From: Erysipelotrichaceae bacterium
GTDB taxonomy: Bacteria; Bacteroidota; Bacteroidia; Bacteroidales; P3
Direction: 5' to 3'
Assembly (NCBI GenBank): GCA_963588535.1
Contig: CAVAII010000035.1
Coordinates: forward strand, 1-49,612
DNA: 49,612 bases
Shown here: positions 18,299 to 28,157 of the stretch, one piece after another
Layout of the letters: every line of letters starts with the position of its first letter
Numbering within the stretch: position 1 is the first letter of the stretch
Program-made: the position numbers and the translations under genes
Notes under the pieces: generated by a model
What the model was told of the DNA's origin: nothing
The model's input: only the letters and a program-made list of their open reading frames with translations
Database searches by the model: none

Positions 18299-18782
18299 CG
18301 AAATCCTCCCTAAACATTTCTACCTTTGTAACTCGTTTATCCTTATTCAAATAGAATATTTCTGGCACACGCCATAGATATTTGGTAATAATATCGTCTC
18401 TATCCTCGCTCCAAGCGTTAATCCACTGCTTTGGCATTTTCTTAACTGTTGCTTTCCACTCTTCCTTACTAATATCTGGCGGAATAGTTAGTACCAAACA
18501 AAGACCCTTTTTGATACTATTATTCAATTGCTTATCTTTCCTCAACTTCTTTATCTCATGTTTGCAATGCCCGCAATCAGGGTCGTAGAACAATATTATT
18601 AGACTATCTGCCCGTAGGTTATAGAGTGAAAATACGCTGTCGCTGCTTTCGACCACATACCTAAAATCCTTTACCATTAAGCCAAGATGGGGGTTGTTGT
18701 ATTTATCATATATATCTGCCTGAGCAAACAGAGAACCGCTTACTATGGTCACAGCAAAGATTAATCCCAGTACCCTTTTCAT
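18288..18782 (-). CDS. Thioredoxin-fold (TlpA-like) periplasmic protein
   Basis: Signal peptide and redox motif YDPDCGHCKHEIKKL (CxxC). 164 aa. Confidence 0.65.
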   Translation of the reverse strand: MKRVLGLIFAVTIVSGSLFAQADIYDKYNNPHLGLMVKDFRYVVESSDSVFSLYNLRADSLIILFYDPDCGHCKHEIKKLRKDKQLNNSIKKGLCLVLTIPPDISKEEWKATVKKMPKQWINAWSEDRDDIITKYLWRVPEIFYLNKDKRVTKVEMFREDFDDE

Positions 18783-18840
18783 TACTCTTTTCTTTTCTAA
18801 TCCTTTGATTATTACCTCTCTTATCTAATCTTTTACGCTC

Positions 18841-19620
18841 TTATTCAAATTCTACCTCAAAGTCGGTGCGTTGTACGTCCTTCTCATCAATCATTTTTTG
18901 AATCTTCTCGTCCATTTCTCTACGTTTGCGTTGTTCTACTGTTTCATGGCGACGCTGATACCATTTAGTCTTGCCAAATAATCTCTCCATCAAAGACTTT
19001 TTATGCTCTACCTTAGGTTTTTCCTCTACCTTAACATCGTTTTTCTTTACCTCCTCATTACTTGGTTTAATCTTGGTATCCGTTACGGCCAGGTTCTCTA
19101 ATAAATAATAAGAATCGCTCTTAACATTCTGCAAATCATACACCTCAATCACATTGATAAGCAATTCAGGATACTTAGGATTAGTAGCATAACCAGCCTT
19201 TTTCAGACCATTAGCCCAACCCTTGTAGTCATCTATATCCAAATCGAAAAGGAAAGCGTATCGTTTGCCTTTTTTCAAAAACAGACTATGATCCGTAAAA
19301 GACTCTTCGGCAGAATCATAGACACGAAAACAATCGTTCTTGTTGTCATCGTCCTTATATGTTCGTTTGCCTTGCCAAGTGGAGTGGCATTTGATACCAA
19401 AGTGATTATTGCTCTCTTTGGCAAGCGTACTGCGACCGCTACCAGACTCTATAATTCCCTGAGCCAAAGTAATCGAGGCAGGTATTCTATAACTATTCTC
19501 ATTCTCTATGGCTATATCCCTATATTGTAGGATATAATCCTCTGTTGCAGTGTTTTTACTCTGTGCCGAGAGGGTAATTGTAATAATAATACACGCACTT
19601 AAACAACAAAATCGCTTCAT
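18841..19620 (-). CDS. Glucosaminidase-domain (mannosyl-glycoprotein endo-beta-N-acetylglucosaminidase-like) protein
   Basis: Signal peptide. AQGIIESGSGRSTLAKESNNHFGIKC and GLKKAGYATNPKYPELLI match the FlgJ/LytD-type glucosaminidase domain. Confidence 0.7.
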   Translation of the reverse strand: MKRFCCLSACIIITITLSAQSKNTATEDYILQYRDIAIENENSYRIPASITLAQGIIESGSGRSTLAKESNNHFGIKCHSTWQGKRTYKDDDNKNDCFRVYDSAEESFTDHSLFLKKGKRYAFLFDLDIDDYKGWANGLKKAGYATNPKYPELLINVIEVYDLQNVKSDSYYLLENLAVTDTKIKPSNEEVKKNDVKVEEKPKVEHKKSLMERLFGKTKWYQRRHETVEQRKRREMDEKIQKMIDEKDVQRTDFEVEFE

Positions 19621-19747
19621 TTTCGTTATCTGTTATATTTTCTGACAATTGATTTTGCGAAATTAACATATTTATCTGTTGTTTGGTCTAAATTTTGTTA
19701 AGAAAATGCAAAAATAGAGTTATTAACCTTTAAAAATAATTTATATT

Positions 19748-21262
19748 ATGAGATCTAAGAATTTGATAATAACAACATTACTACTTAGTATAATAGTATT
19801 GTTTTCTTCCTCTGCAATGGCAGGACGTTATTCACGCTCCAAAGCACGCAACACCATAGAACAGACTTCGTATATCATCTCAGAAGCCTACGAGATAGCC
19901 TCCTATTATTCTTATTGGCAGTCCAGTAACCTTTCTCGTGCTATGTATTATAACGATTACGCACAGCATCTATATTATAGAAGGAATTATCGTTCGGCTA
20001 TCAACTATTCGTTGTTGGCTCGTGAGTACGCTTTGGATGTTATAGACGGCTGCGATGATTATTGGGAATACTTCTATTACACATTCTTCGGTTGGAGTTA
20101 TTCCTACGGCTATAACAATAATTTTGCTTATAGTTCTGGCTACAAAGACGGCTACTACGATGGTTATTACGCTGGCTATTGTGCTCGTCATTCACACGAC
20201 TATCGTAAAGACCCTCACCATAGTATGCACTCCTCTTGGTATGAGGACAATAAATATAGAGAAGTAGTTTCTTACGCAGATCAGAATCGTAATTCTTCCT
20301 CTGTTGCCTTAGGTCGTGGCGAGAGTTCTAAGTTAGGCAATACTTCTACAAACAACTCTAACACCTCGTTAAGCAGAAAGAACTACAAGAACCTTTCCAC
20401 CTCAAATTATTTCTCCGATGACGAAATAGACCTTTTGACTTCGTCTACAAGGACTACTTTGGAGAGAGAATACAAAGAGAATAACCCTTCGGTAACATTC
20501 TCTGATAACACATTATCTTCGAACACAGACTTATTGAAGAGAAACACCGAGAACACTACCAACTTCAAATCTCGTACTACTAATAAGGACAAAATAACCC
20601 GTACTACTACTGCCAAACCTTCTACTATCACTCGTTCAACTACTACCACAACTAACACCGCCACCACTACCGCCAACACCGCCACCACTACCGCCACTCC
20701 ATCTACTACCATTAGTAGAACCAACGCTACTACTCCTTCTACGACTACCAACACCTCTAACACAATAAACAGAAGCAGTACAACAACCTCTACGACTACC
20801 AATTCAACCTCTACGACTACCAACTCATCTAATACCCTTAATAGAGATAACAATACCATAAATAGAACCTCTACCACCACCAACACAACTAACTCATCTA
20901 ACACTCTTAACAGAGATAACAACACCATAAATAGAACCACTACTATTCCTCAAAAGACCGAGAACAAAACCTCTACCACTACTAACCGTAACACTACCAT
21001 TAACCGCAGCAATAGAACCACTACTACCACCCCTACAAGAACCTCTAACACTACTACCAGAACCAACTCCAATACCTCTCGTAGTACTAATTCTAACACC
21101 AGAACCAACTCCAATACCTCTCGTAGTACTAATTCTAACTCTTCTTCTCGTAGTAATTCTAATGTTTCTCGTTCTTCCTCTTCTTCCTCTCGTTCCTCAC
21201 AGAGTAGTACTTCTCGTTCGGCAAGTGAGAGACAATCTTCCAATCGTTCTATTTCGAGATAA
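19748..21262 (+). CDS. Secreted or membrane-anchored low-complexity protein (Tyr-rich domain plus a long S/T/N/R-rich repeat region)
   Basis: N-terminal hydrophobic segment LIITTLLLSIIVLFSSSAMA. Y-rich block GYKDGYYDGYYAGY. The C-terminal ~270 aa are almost entirely S/T/N/R with internal repeats. Coding status rests on ORF length and the upstream AT-rich region only. Confidence 0.5.
   Translation: MRSKNLIITTLLLSIIVLFSSSAMAGRYSRSKARNTIEQTSYIISEAYEIASYYSYWQSSNLSRAMYYNDYAQHLYYRRNYRSAINYSLLAREYALDVIDGCDDYWEYFYYTFFGWSYSYGYNNNFAYSSGYKDGYYDGYYAGYCARHSHDYRKDPHHSMHSSWYEDNKYREVVSYADQNRNSSSVALGRGESSKLGNTSTNNSNTSLSRKNYKNLSTSNYFSDDEIDLLTSSTRTTLEREYKENNPSVTFSDNTLSSNTDLLKRNTENTTNFKSRTTNKDKITRTTTAKPSTITRSTTTTTNTATTTANTATTTATPSTTISRTNATTPSTTTNTSNTINRSSTTTSTTTNSTSTTTNSSNTLNRDNNTINRTSTTTNTTNSSNTLNRDNNTINRTTTIPQKTENKTSTTTNRNTTINRSNRTTTTTPTRTSNTTTRTNSNTSRSTNSNTRTNSNTSRSTNSNSSSRSNSNVSRSSSSSSRSSQSSTSRSASERQSSNRSISR
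21056..21139 (+). repeat. Perfect 42-bp tandem duplication inside the S/T/N-rich gene
   Basis: ACCAGAACCAACTCCAATACCTCTCGTAGTACTAATTCTAAC occurs at 21056-21097 and again at 21098-21139 (encodes TRTNSNTSRSTNSN twice). Confidence 0.9.
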
Positions 21263-21465
21263 GACTTTTTTTCTAAATTTTTCATTGAATTATTTGAAAT
21301 AATTCTGTGGTAGCATTCGCAAGTGTGTAACAAGAAAAGGACTTCCCTAAAAGAAAGAGAAGTCCTCCAAATTAAAGTTTTAACCATAAAAAAGTCAAAA
21401 TGAAACATGATAACAAGTTTCCAAATTGGGTCTCTGATCCCCACTGTCTTAATTTTCCTTGTTGA

Positions 21466-21861
21466 TTACTGGTAATTAGACAAGTCTTTTAGTTCCAGAG
21501 TAACCCCTTTTAGGGTGTTCTTAAACGCTACAGACGGATAGAATCTACAAGTTACTCGCTTAATACTCTCAGCATTGACAGCATCGGCAGACAAACAAGC
21601 CTGAGCCTTTATCTTTGGTATGAACGCACCCAAAGTGCCGAACATAACCGCATTGCCGTTCATTACATGCTTTGATACATGCATCTCGAAGGCTTTCAAC
21701 GCTGCCAAAGTGTCTGGATATGATACCGAGGTTGCGTGCGAGATTTCTTGTGCTATCTCATCTAATGAGACGTTTGCACCACGAAAGATCTTAGCGTAAT
21801 ATCTGTCTTCTTGTACGCCTTTGATCCACATTTTTTTTGCTTTACTTTTTACGTAATACAT
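21466..21861 (-). CDS. HU-family (Bacteroidota histone-like) DNA-binding protein
   Basis: 131 aa. ..RYYAKIFRGANVSLDEIAQEISHATSVSYPDTLAALKAFEMHVSKHVMNGNAVMFGTLGAF.. fits the Bacteroidales HU-domain family. Confidence 0.7.
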   Translation of the reverse strand: MYYVKSKAKKMWIKGVQEDRYYAKIFRGANVSLDEIAQEISHATSVSYPDTLAALKAFEMHVSKHVMNGNAVMFGTLGAFIPKIKAQACLSADAVNAESIKRVTCRFYPSVAFKNTLKGVTLELKDLSNYQ

Positions 21862-21971
21862 TTTTGAATAAGTTTTTTAATTAATAATTAAGTTTATTTA
21901 TTACTCGGTCATTGGTAACTGCTTTTTTCTCAACAAAGAAAGAAGTCTTATTACCTCGACTTTTCATAATG

Positions 21972-21979
21972 CAAAGATA
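21972..21979 (-). promoter_or_regulatory. -7 box (TATCTTTG on the minus strand) for the HU-like gene
   Basis: The + strand reads CAAAGATA, which implies a ~100-nt leader before ATG 21861. Confidence 0.4.
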
Positions 21980-22061
21980 CAACTTTTCTACGACATAGAG
22001 CCTATTTTTTAGTCTTTTTTTCGAATATTTTTAATCTTTTTTTTAAGGTTGTATGATGCCT

Positions 22062-22109
22062 AAAAAAATTACTGCAACTTACTATTTATCAGATAGAAAG
22101 TCGCAGTAA
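22062..22109 (-). terminator. Rho-independent terminator after the 22172-23329 gene
   Basis: Minus strand: TTACTGCGAC-(21 nt)-GTTGCAGTAA (one G:U pair) followed by TTTTTTT. Confidence 0.55.
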
Positions 22110-22171
22110 ATGTATATGATATCGTTATAATCGTGTAGAAAATTATAGTCTCCTACTACACTTCTATGCCC

Positions 22172-23329
22172 TTACCACATATTGATAATCTCGGAAGTAT
22201 GTGGATTGAACAAAATATTAGAAGAATGCGAAGTAGTAAAGCCAATATTGCCGTATTGAAGTAGATTGACCATCTTGGTGGTAGAGATCACATCTGTGCC
22301 TTGCAAACTTAGTCTAACCATTTGCGGATTAAGATAATAAACTCCTACACCCTCGCTCTCAATCTTAGATTTTTGCTTGTCGGATAAATACTCTGTCGAA
22401 GCCATCTTGTTGTTGTCCTCACTGGTTAGGAAAGAGTGGATAGTAGCATTGATCCTGGTGCCTTCTTGTTTGCTGTTTAGGTCCATAAGTCCTTGCGTTG
22501 TAGAGAATTTGCAAACAGGCATAACCAAATCTTCCTCTAATATGATAGGCTTTTGCGGAGTGATAACAAAGACATATTCCTCCATCGTACTGCTCTCAAC
22601 ACCCGTAAACAAAGCCACATACGAAGAAATAATCTCGTCTATCTGCTTGTACATATAATCAACAGTCGTATTCATATAAGTACCCTCCGTAGTGCCCGTA
22701 AGTATCTCTAATTGTTTGTCTCTTAGTCTCTTTATCTCGGCAACTACCTTCTCGGCACTCATCTGCGGATACTTGGTAAGCAAACCTTCTTGTAACAAAA
22801 CTTTCTCATACGTTGGCCTTACCATTAGGCTATTATCATTGTTATTAGGCCCAAGAGGCATATCGGGGCGATGATTGCCTTCTTGTTTAGGACATTGTCT
22901 TGGCGTACGGTCAGGATTGTCAGTATTTTGTGCTTTTTGATTTTTTACCAAAATACTCCTTAACGTACCCATCGAAGTCTTATCCACATTAATATTCTTA
23001 TCTGCCGAAAGGATATAGCATTTGTCCAAATCTGCCGTTGTCTTCTCTATGATATCAACGCCAACTATCTGATAAGTAGTGCCATTCTTTAAGGCAGCGT
23101 TGTCTATTCCCAAAAGATATGCATTATCTGCATAAATACCCTTGGTGCGTGTCGTTTTCTTTACCTGAAACTTGATAACCAAATCTGTCTTAGGCAAATA
23201 ATAAACAGTACCCTCTGAGATTTTCTTACCACTTTCGTACGGATACGAACTATATGTCTGTGCCATCGAACCAAATGGTAGAATAAACATCAAACATAAT
23301 GCAATTATTTGTATCTTAGTTGCTTTCAT
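22172..23329 (-). CDS. Secreted hypothetical protein (DUF4831-like)
   Basis: Signal peptide MKATKIQIIALCLMFILPFGSMAQ. The N-terminal block GTVYYLPKTDLVIKFQVKK..GIYADNAYLLGI resembles the Bacteroidota DUF4831 family as I remember it. Confidence 0.45.
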   Translation of the reverse strand: MKATKIQIIALCLMFILPFGSMAQTYSSYPYESGKKISEGTVYYLPKTDLVIKFQVKKTTRTKGIYADNAYLLGIDNAALKNGTTYQIVGVDIIEKTTADLDKCYILSADKNINVDKTSMGTLRSILVKNQKAQNTDNPDRTPRQCPKQEGNHRPDMPLGPNNNDNSLMVRPTYEKVLLQEGLLTKYPQMSAEKVVAEIKRLRDKQLEILTGTTEGTYMNTTVDYMYKQIDEIISSYVALFTGVESSTMEEYVFVITPQKPIILEEDLVMPVCKFSTTQGLMDLNSKQEGTRINATIHSFLTSEDNNKMASTEYLSDKQKSKIESEGVGVYYLNPQMVRLSLQGTDVISTTKMVNLLQYGNIGFTTSHSSNILFNPHTSEIINMW

Positions 23330-23343
23330 CTGCTTAAATGTTT

Positions 23344-25068
23344 TTATTTGTTAATTTTTAATAATGTCTTTTTATTGTTCTTGTCGGTTAGGATTATGTA
23401 GTTCTTTTTCAACTTGTCGATAGCACTCAAAGTACTTGCTATACTACTTAAATCCATATAGTTATCGTCCAAAATAGTCTGCACAATAGCAAACGTCTTG
23501 TCTATCTGATACAATTTCTTATCCTTAACCACATACGCCACATCGTTACTGAAATACGTTGCCATATCATAATATTCGTTAGTTAGGCTCTCGAAAGTCT
23601 TGTTATCGAAATAAGACCAGCCTTTCTTAGCCTTAGCACAAATAACGCCGTCTTTGTCAGAGGAAATCAAAGTAAAATCGCCCTTAATCTCTCGACCATC
23701 AAAATACAAACGATATCTCTTGCCTTTTACTTTGTATTCCACATAATTAGCCATAGGGAAGATGTTATCCGTCTTCTCAAATTCCATCTTTTGACCATTC
23801 TCTTTCAAAAGTATAGAGTTCTTCTTGCCGTCATAGAATACAATACAACTCTTGCTCTTAGAACCACGTACCTTATCGTACTCGAAAGGAATTTTCTCTT
23901 CGCCGTTGATATCTATGCCACCCCATTTGTCTTTCTCTCTAACGATATAAGTGCCTTTGCATTCGGCAAAAATATCAAGGTATTTAGGCTCAACCAACCA
24001 ACCTCTCTTATTGGATCGAATACCATAGTTAAGCATACTATCGGCTATGTATATCAACTCGTTATTAGTATAAGAAACCAAATCCTTAACGTTGCCAGTA
24101 ACCATATCCAAGACATTGTTATCCAAACTAATAATATAGTTTATATTATCATTCTTAGCCAAAACAAAGGTATCGTTCTTAATCGGCAAAAGACTCAACG
24201 CATCGTAAGCAGCCGTAATACGAATATTGTAGTTTCTATCTATCAAACCTTTGCGTCCGTTATCGGTGTAGATAAAATAGTTATCCTCCTTACTCAACGG
24301 CTCAATATTCTGATACAAAGGCGAAAAGATCTGATTACCCTCGTTATCAAACAAGGCTTGTTTGCCCGAAGAGACAAAGGCTTTGATATAGAATTTGTCA
24401 TTCTTGCTAATAATAGTCATATCATCGTAAAGGGCATCGGACTTAACCTCTCCGTTCTTGTCTATTAAGCCAACATAATCACGACCATCTTTGTTTTTGA
24501 TATAAGCATACAACTCACCTGCTATAACTGTCTCTATTCTACGATATTTGTTAGGAGCAAGGATATTACCCATAGCGTCCATTAAGCCGTAAGCGGATTT
24601 GCTCTGATAGACTACCACATTATTAGACTTAGAAATAATCTGATACTCATCTGCATTGATCTGCTTGCCGTCCTTACCCAAAAGAATCAACTTGTCTTTG
24701 TCATAAACCAATGCACTACCTGCTTGAAAGACATTAAGTATAGACTCCTCGCTACGAACGTATGGAGTCTGCAAAGGATATATAGCCAAAGTTATGATAT
24801 TGCCCAAAGTATCGGCAAAACCTGCTTGATCATTCTTGATATATGTAATAATACCATCGCTAAGAACGTCAATAGAATCGTAATAATAGTCTAATATCAT
24901 TACATTATTTTTCATAACTCCCCATTTGCTACCTTTCTTAACCGAAAAGAAATCGTTGCCAAGAGAACGAATTGCATCCGATTGTTCGTACAACTTCTCG
25001 AACGTTGTCTGTGCCGTAAGATTTACTCCCAAAATCAGAGCAATTAACAAAAATGCTACTTTTTTCAT
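23344..25068 (-). CDS. WG-repeat (KWG-type) containing secreted protein
   Basis: Signal peptide, then many repeats of the form G(K/L)(W/I/M)G..D..G..(I/V).P.Y, for example SKWGVMKNN, AYGLMDAMGNILAP, VGLIDKNGEV and DKWGGIDINGEEKIPFEYD. Confidence 0.7.
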   Translation of the reverse strand: MKKVAFLLIALILGVNLTAQTTFEKLYEQSDAIRSLGNDFFSVKKGSKWGVMKNNVMILDYYYDSIDVLSDGIITYIKNDQAGFADTLGNIITLAIYPLQTPYVRSEESILNVFQAGSALVYDKDKLILLGKDGKQINADEYQIISKSNNVVVYQSKSAYGLMDAMGNILAPNKYRRIETVIAGELYAYIKNKDGRDYVGLIDKNGEVKSDALYDDMTIISKNDKFYIKAFVSSGKQALFDNEGNQIFSPLYQNIEPLSKEDNYFIYTDNGRKGLIDRNYNIRITAAYDALSLLPIKNDTFVLAKNDNINYIISLDNNVLDMVTGNVKDLVSYTNNELIYIADSMLNYGIRSNKRGWLVEPKYLDIFAECKGTYIVREKDKWGGIDINGEEKIPFEYDKVRGSKSKSCIVFYDGKKNSILLKENGQKMEFEKTDNIFPMANYVEYKVKGKRYRLYFDGREIKGDFTLISSDKDGVICAKAKKGWSYFDNKTFESLTNEYYDMATYFSNDVAYVVKDKKLYQIDKTFAIVQTILDDNYMDLSSIASTLSAIDKLKKNYIILTDKNNKKTLLKINK

Positions 25069-25107
25069 CGTTATTTATTATTTTGTTTTATCGTTATTAC
25101 TATCTCT

Positions 25108-26169
25108 CTATCTATTTGTTATCAATCGTGGCTCTTGCTGTGATAAGCAATGAAAACTACCCAATCCCCAAACAATATCCGTAGAATCTATCCCCACAAC
25201 CTGTCTATCTCGGAAGACCTCTTCAAACACTCTTATCGCCCTTTCATCATTGTCGCACCTGTACAAAGGCACTATTACTTTCTTGTTAGCAATATAGAAA
25301 TTAGCGTAAGAAGCAGGCAATTTCTGGTCTTCATAGATTACGTCTTGTGGCATAAGTATCTCTATTATATCCAATTGTTTGCCGTTTAGTAGCCTTGCCT
25401 TCTTTAATAAACGAAGATTTGTCTGTAAAATTTCATAATCCTCGCTATTTTTGTTATCGCTTACCATCGTAACAATAGTATTCTCGTCCACAAACCTCGT
25501 CAAATCGTCTATATGGCCGTCAGTATCATCGCCTTCCACACCTTCCTTTACCCATATAATATTATTTACTCCGTAGTAGTTATGCAAACGCTCCTCAATC
25601 TCACTTCTTGACAAACCTTTGTTACGATTCTCATTCAAAAGGCAACTCTCACTTGTAATCAAATCTCCCTTTCCATTAAACTCCACACTGCCGCCTTCCA
25701 TAATAATATCGCTAACATATTCTTTCATCGATAAATACTCGGCTATTCTATGAGGTATCATATTATCTTTCTCGTACGGATACTTACCTCCCCAAGCGTT
25801 GTATTTCCAATTAACTATCGCCTTCTCCCTCTCGTTAATCACAAACGCAGGACCATGATCCCTTATCCAAGCATCGTTAGTCTCAAACAGATGAAAGCAA
25901 ATATTCTCTGTATTCGCCCCAATCATAGACAGTTCCTTTGCTAACTGTTTTGCTTTCTGCTCATTCTCTACGTTTATATTTACTCTCTCGTCCTTCGACA
26001 ATTGCTTAACAAACTCATTATAATAAGGAAAGATCTTTTCTATCTTACCTGGCCAAGATGCCTCGTTATGTGGATAAGACAACCAAGTACTTTCGTGTTC
26101 TACCCATTCGGCAGGAAAATAAAAGCCTTCGTCTATCGGTTTTCTATCGTATATCTGTGTGTTCTGCAT
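25108..26169 (-). CDS. aguA: Agmatine deiminase
   Basis: 353 aa. N-terminal FPAEWEHESTW-like block FYFPAEWVEHESTWLSYPH, DAWIRDHGP, and C-terminal catalytic Cys in GSFHCLSQQEP. Confidence 0.9.
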   Translation of the reverse strand: MQNTQIYDRKPIDEGFYFPAEWVEHESTWLSYPHNEASWPGKIEKIFPYYNEFVKQLSKDERVNINVENEQKAKQLAKELSMIGANTENICFHLFETNDAWIRDHGPAFVINEREKAIVNWKYNAWGGKYPYEKDNMIPHRIAEYLSMKEYVSDIIMEGGSVEFNGKGDLITSESCLLNENRNKGLSRSEIEERLHNYYGVNNIIWVKEGVEGDDTDGHIDDLTRFVDENTIVTMVSDNKNSEDYEILQTNLRLLKKARLLNGKQLDIIEILMPQDVIYEDQKLPASYANFYIANKKVIVPLYRCDNDERAIRVFEEVFRDRQVVGIDSTDIVWGLGSFHCLSQQEPRLITNR

Positions 26170-26193
26170 TAGATACTAAGTACTTAAAGGTTA

Positions 26194-27069
26194 TTATTTG
26201 TTATCTGTGTTAGAGATATATTTCTTTGTGATATCCTTATAAGAGTCTATTCTACGATCTCTGAAAAATGGCCAATGTACTCTGTAAGAATCTGTCTTAG
26301 ACAAATCTATCTCTACAATAGGATTCTCCTCCTTATCATGAGAAGCCTCATACAAGATAGTTCCAAAAGGATTAGAGACAAAACTTCCGCCCCAAAACTT
26401 CATATCTCCCTCTTGTCCAACTCTATTAATAGACACAGTATGTACTCCGTTAGCAATAGCATGTCCTCGCTGAATAGTCTGCCAAGCCGAGTACTGCTCA
26501 CGGTTAGTCTCCTCGTCCTGAGACGTTGCCCAGCCAATAGCAGTAGGGTAGAAGATAACCTGAGCCCCTTGCATAGCCGTCAAACGAGAAGCCTCTGGAT
26601 ACCACTGATCCCAACAGATAAGCACTCCAAGTTTGGCAAACTTAGTCTCGAATACCTTATAACCCAAATCACCAGGAGTGAAATAGAATTTCTCATAATA
26701 ACCAGGATCGTCAGGTATGTGCATCTTGCGATATTTGCCCAAATACTCTCCATCGGCATCGATAACAACCGTAGTATTATAGTACAAGCCTGCCATCTGT
26801 TTCTCGAACAAAGAGGCTACTATTACAATGCCTAACTCCTTTGCCAAATCCCCTAAGACCTTTGTAGTCTCGCCTGGAATACTCTCTGCCAATAGGAAGT
26901 TGTCATAATCCTCTACATCGCAGAAATACAAAGACGCAAACAATTCTTGTGTACATACGATATTCGCCCCTCGCTTTGCCAGATCCCTTATATTCTTTAC
27001 TAACTTGTCTATATTCTGTGTCTTATCTTTCTGACAAGACATCTGTATCATACCGATATTGACTTTCAT
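26194..27069 (-). CDS. aguB: N-carbamoylputrescine amidase (nitrilase superfamily)
   Basis: CN-hydrolase triad context: TQELF (Glu), YRKMHIPD (Lys), LICWDQWYPE (Cys). Adjacent to aguA. Confidence 0.9.
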   Translation of the reverse strand: MKVNIGMIQMSCQKDKTQNIDKLVKNIRDLAKRGANIVCTQELFASLYFCDVEDYDNFLLAESIPGETTKVLGDLAKELGIVIVASLFEKQMAGLYYNTTVVIDADGEYLGKYRKMHIPDDPGYYEKFYFTPGDLGYKVFETKFAKLGVLICWDQWYPEASRLTAMQGAQVIFYPTAIGWATSQDEETNREQYSAWQTIQRGHAIANGVHTVSINRVGQEGDMKFWGGSFVSNPFGTILYEASHDKEENPIVEIDLSKTDSYRVHWPFFRDRRIDSYKDITKKYISNTDNK

Positions 27070-27085
27070 TTCCTTAGTTTCTTTC

Positions 27086-28027
27086 TTATTTGTTACTAAT
27101 CTCTTTGTTTTTGATCTCTTTTTTGCTCTTATCTTTCTTTTGATACGTTATCTGACTTAACAATACTCCGCCTATAACTACCAATATACCAATCGCTTTC
27201 TGCACCGACAACGCCTCCAAACCTATTCCCACACTGACTATCAACGTTACAACAGGTATAACATTAGTAAATATCGTAGCCCCTGCCACACTAATCACCT
27301 TAGCCGATGCCGAATACAACGCAAACGCTACTGCCGAACACAGCACCCCCAAGACTACCAAATTAAAAACAGCCTTCGAAGACCAAACCACAGTCGACAA
27401 GTCGTCCAACTCGAATATCAAAAAACAAGGTAGATAATATACAATAGAGATAATATTTTGCCAAGTTGTAATGGTTACAGGTCCATAACCTTTGGCTAAG
27501 ATCTTTTGCAGAATCAGTCCATAACCCGTTGCCGACAAAACAGCCAACAAAAGCAACAACAATCCTTGCCAACCTATCACAAAACCTGTGGAAGAAAAAC
27601 TCATGATAAATATTCCAATCGTAGAGATAATAGCCCCAAAGATAAGTTTTTTCCTAAGGTTCTCCTTATAAAAAATATGTAGTCCAAAGGCTGTCGCAAT
27701 AGGTATCAAAGCAATGATAGCAGCCGTCAAAGAAGGCGACACATATATAAGACCAAAATTCTCACCTATAAAATACAAGAACGGCTCGCATAATGCCAAA
27801 CAAGCAAACAAACCAAAATCTTTCCTACTGATATGTTCTATTTGATTAGTCGTCTTGAAAATCAGCAACAAAACAATAGAAGCAATAACCAAACGAGCCA
27901 TTATAATAGTAAAGACAGGAAAATGTAGTTGCAATAGTTGTGTAGTCCAAACAAAACTCATTCCCCACAAGACAACAGCAATAATAATCGCTATATAACC
28001 CAATATTTGTCGTTTTCTTTTCGTCAT
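27086..28027 (-). CDS. EamA/DMT-family transporter
   Basis: 313 aa, about 10 TM helices in two EamA-like halves, with a lysine-rich C-terminal tail. Confidence 0.75.
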   Translation of the reverse strand: MTKRKRQILGYIAIIIAVVLWGMSFVWTTQLLQLHFPVFTIIMARLVIASIVLLLIFKTTNQIEHISRKDFGLFACLALCEPFLYFIGENFGLIYVSPSLTAAIIALIPIATAFGLHIFYKENLRKKLIFGAIISTIGIFIMSFSSTGFVIGWQGLLLLLLAVLSATGYGLILQKILAKGYGPVTITTWQNIISIVYYLPCFLIFELDDLSTVVWSSKAVFNLVVLGVLCSAVAFALYSASAKVISVAGATIFTNVIPVVTLIVSVGIGLEALSVQKAIGILVVIGGVLLSQITYQKKDKSKKEIKNKEISNK

Positions 28028-28050
28028 CTCCTACTTCTAATTTCAACTTG

Positions 28051-28058
28051 CAAAGATA
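28051..28058 (-). promoter_or_regulatory. -7 box (TATCTTTG on the minus strand) for the EamA/aguB/aguA unit
   Basis: The + strand reads CAAAGATA, 24 nt upstream of ATG 28027. Confidence 0.45.
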
Positions 28059-28091
28059 CTATATTTATTTGTAATCATTAGCATCAAAGAC

Positions 28092-28129
28092 AAAAAAAAG
28101 TCAGGTACCGACATTTTGCGATACCTGAC
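28092..28129 (-). terminator. Rho-independent terminator after rpsA
   Basis: Minus strand: GTCAGGTA-(14 nt)-TACCTGAC followed by TTTTTTTT. Confidence 0.75.
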
Positions 28130-28157
28130 AACCATATATGGAAAAAATTATACACAC

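Noticed and set aside
20407-21444. Two long minus-strand ORFs (177 and 164 aa) rich in V/L/E
   Set aside because: They are antisense to the S/T/N-repeat gene. Their open frames are a by-product of the repeat composition (ACC/ACT/AAC codons read backwards), with no promoter or independent signal.
23791-24468. 225-aa + strand ORF
   Set aside because: It lies antisense inside the WG-repeat protein gene and has no motifs. Long open antisense frames of this kind are expected by chance in AT-rich sequence.
26275-26835. 186-aa + strand ORF
   Set aside because: It is antisense to the well-supported N-carbamoylputrescine amidase gene.
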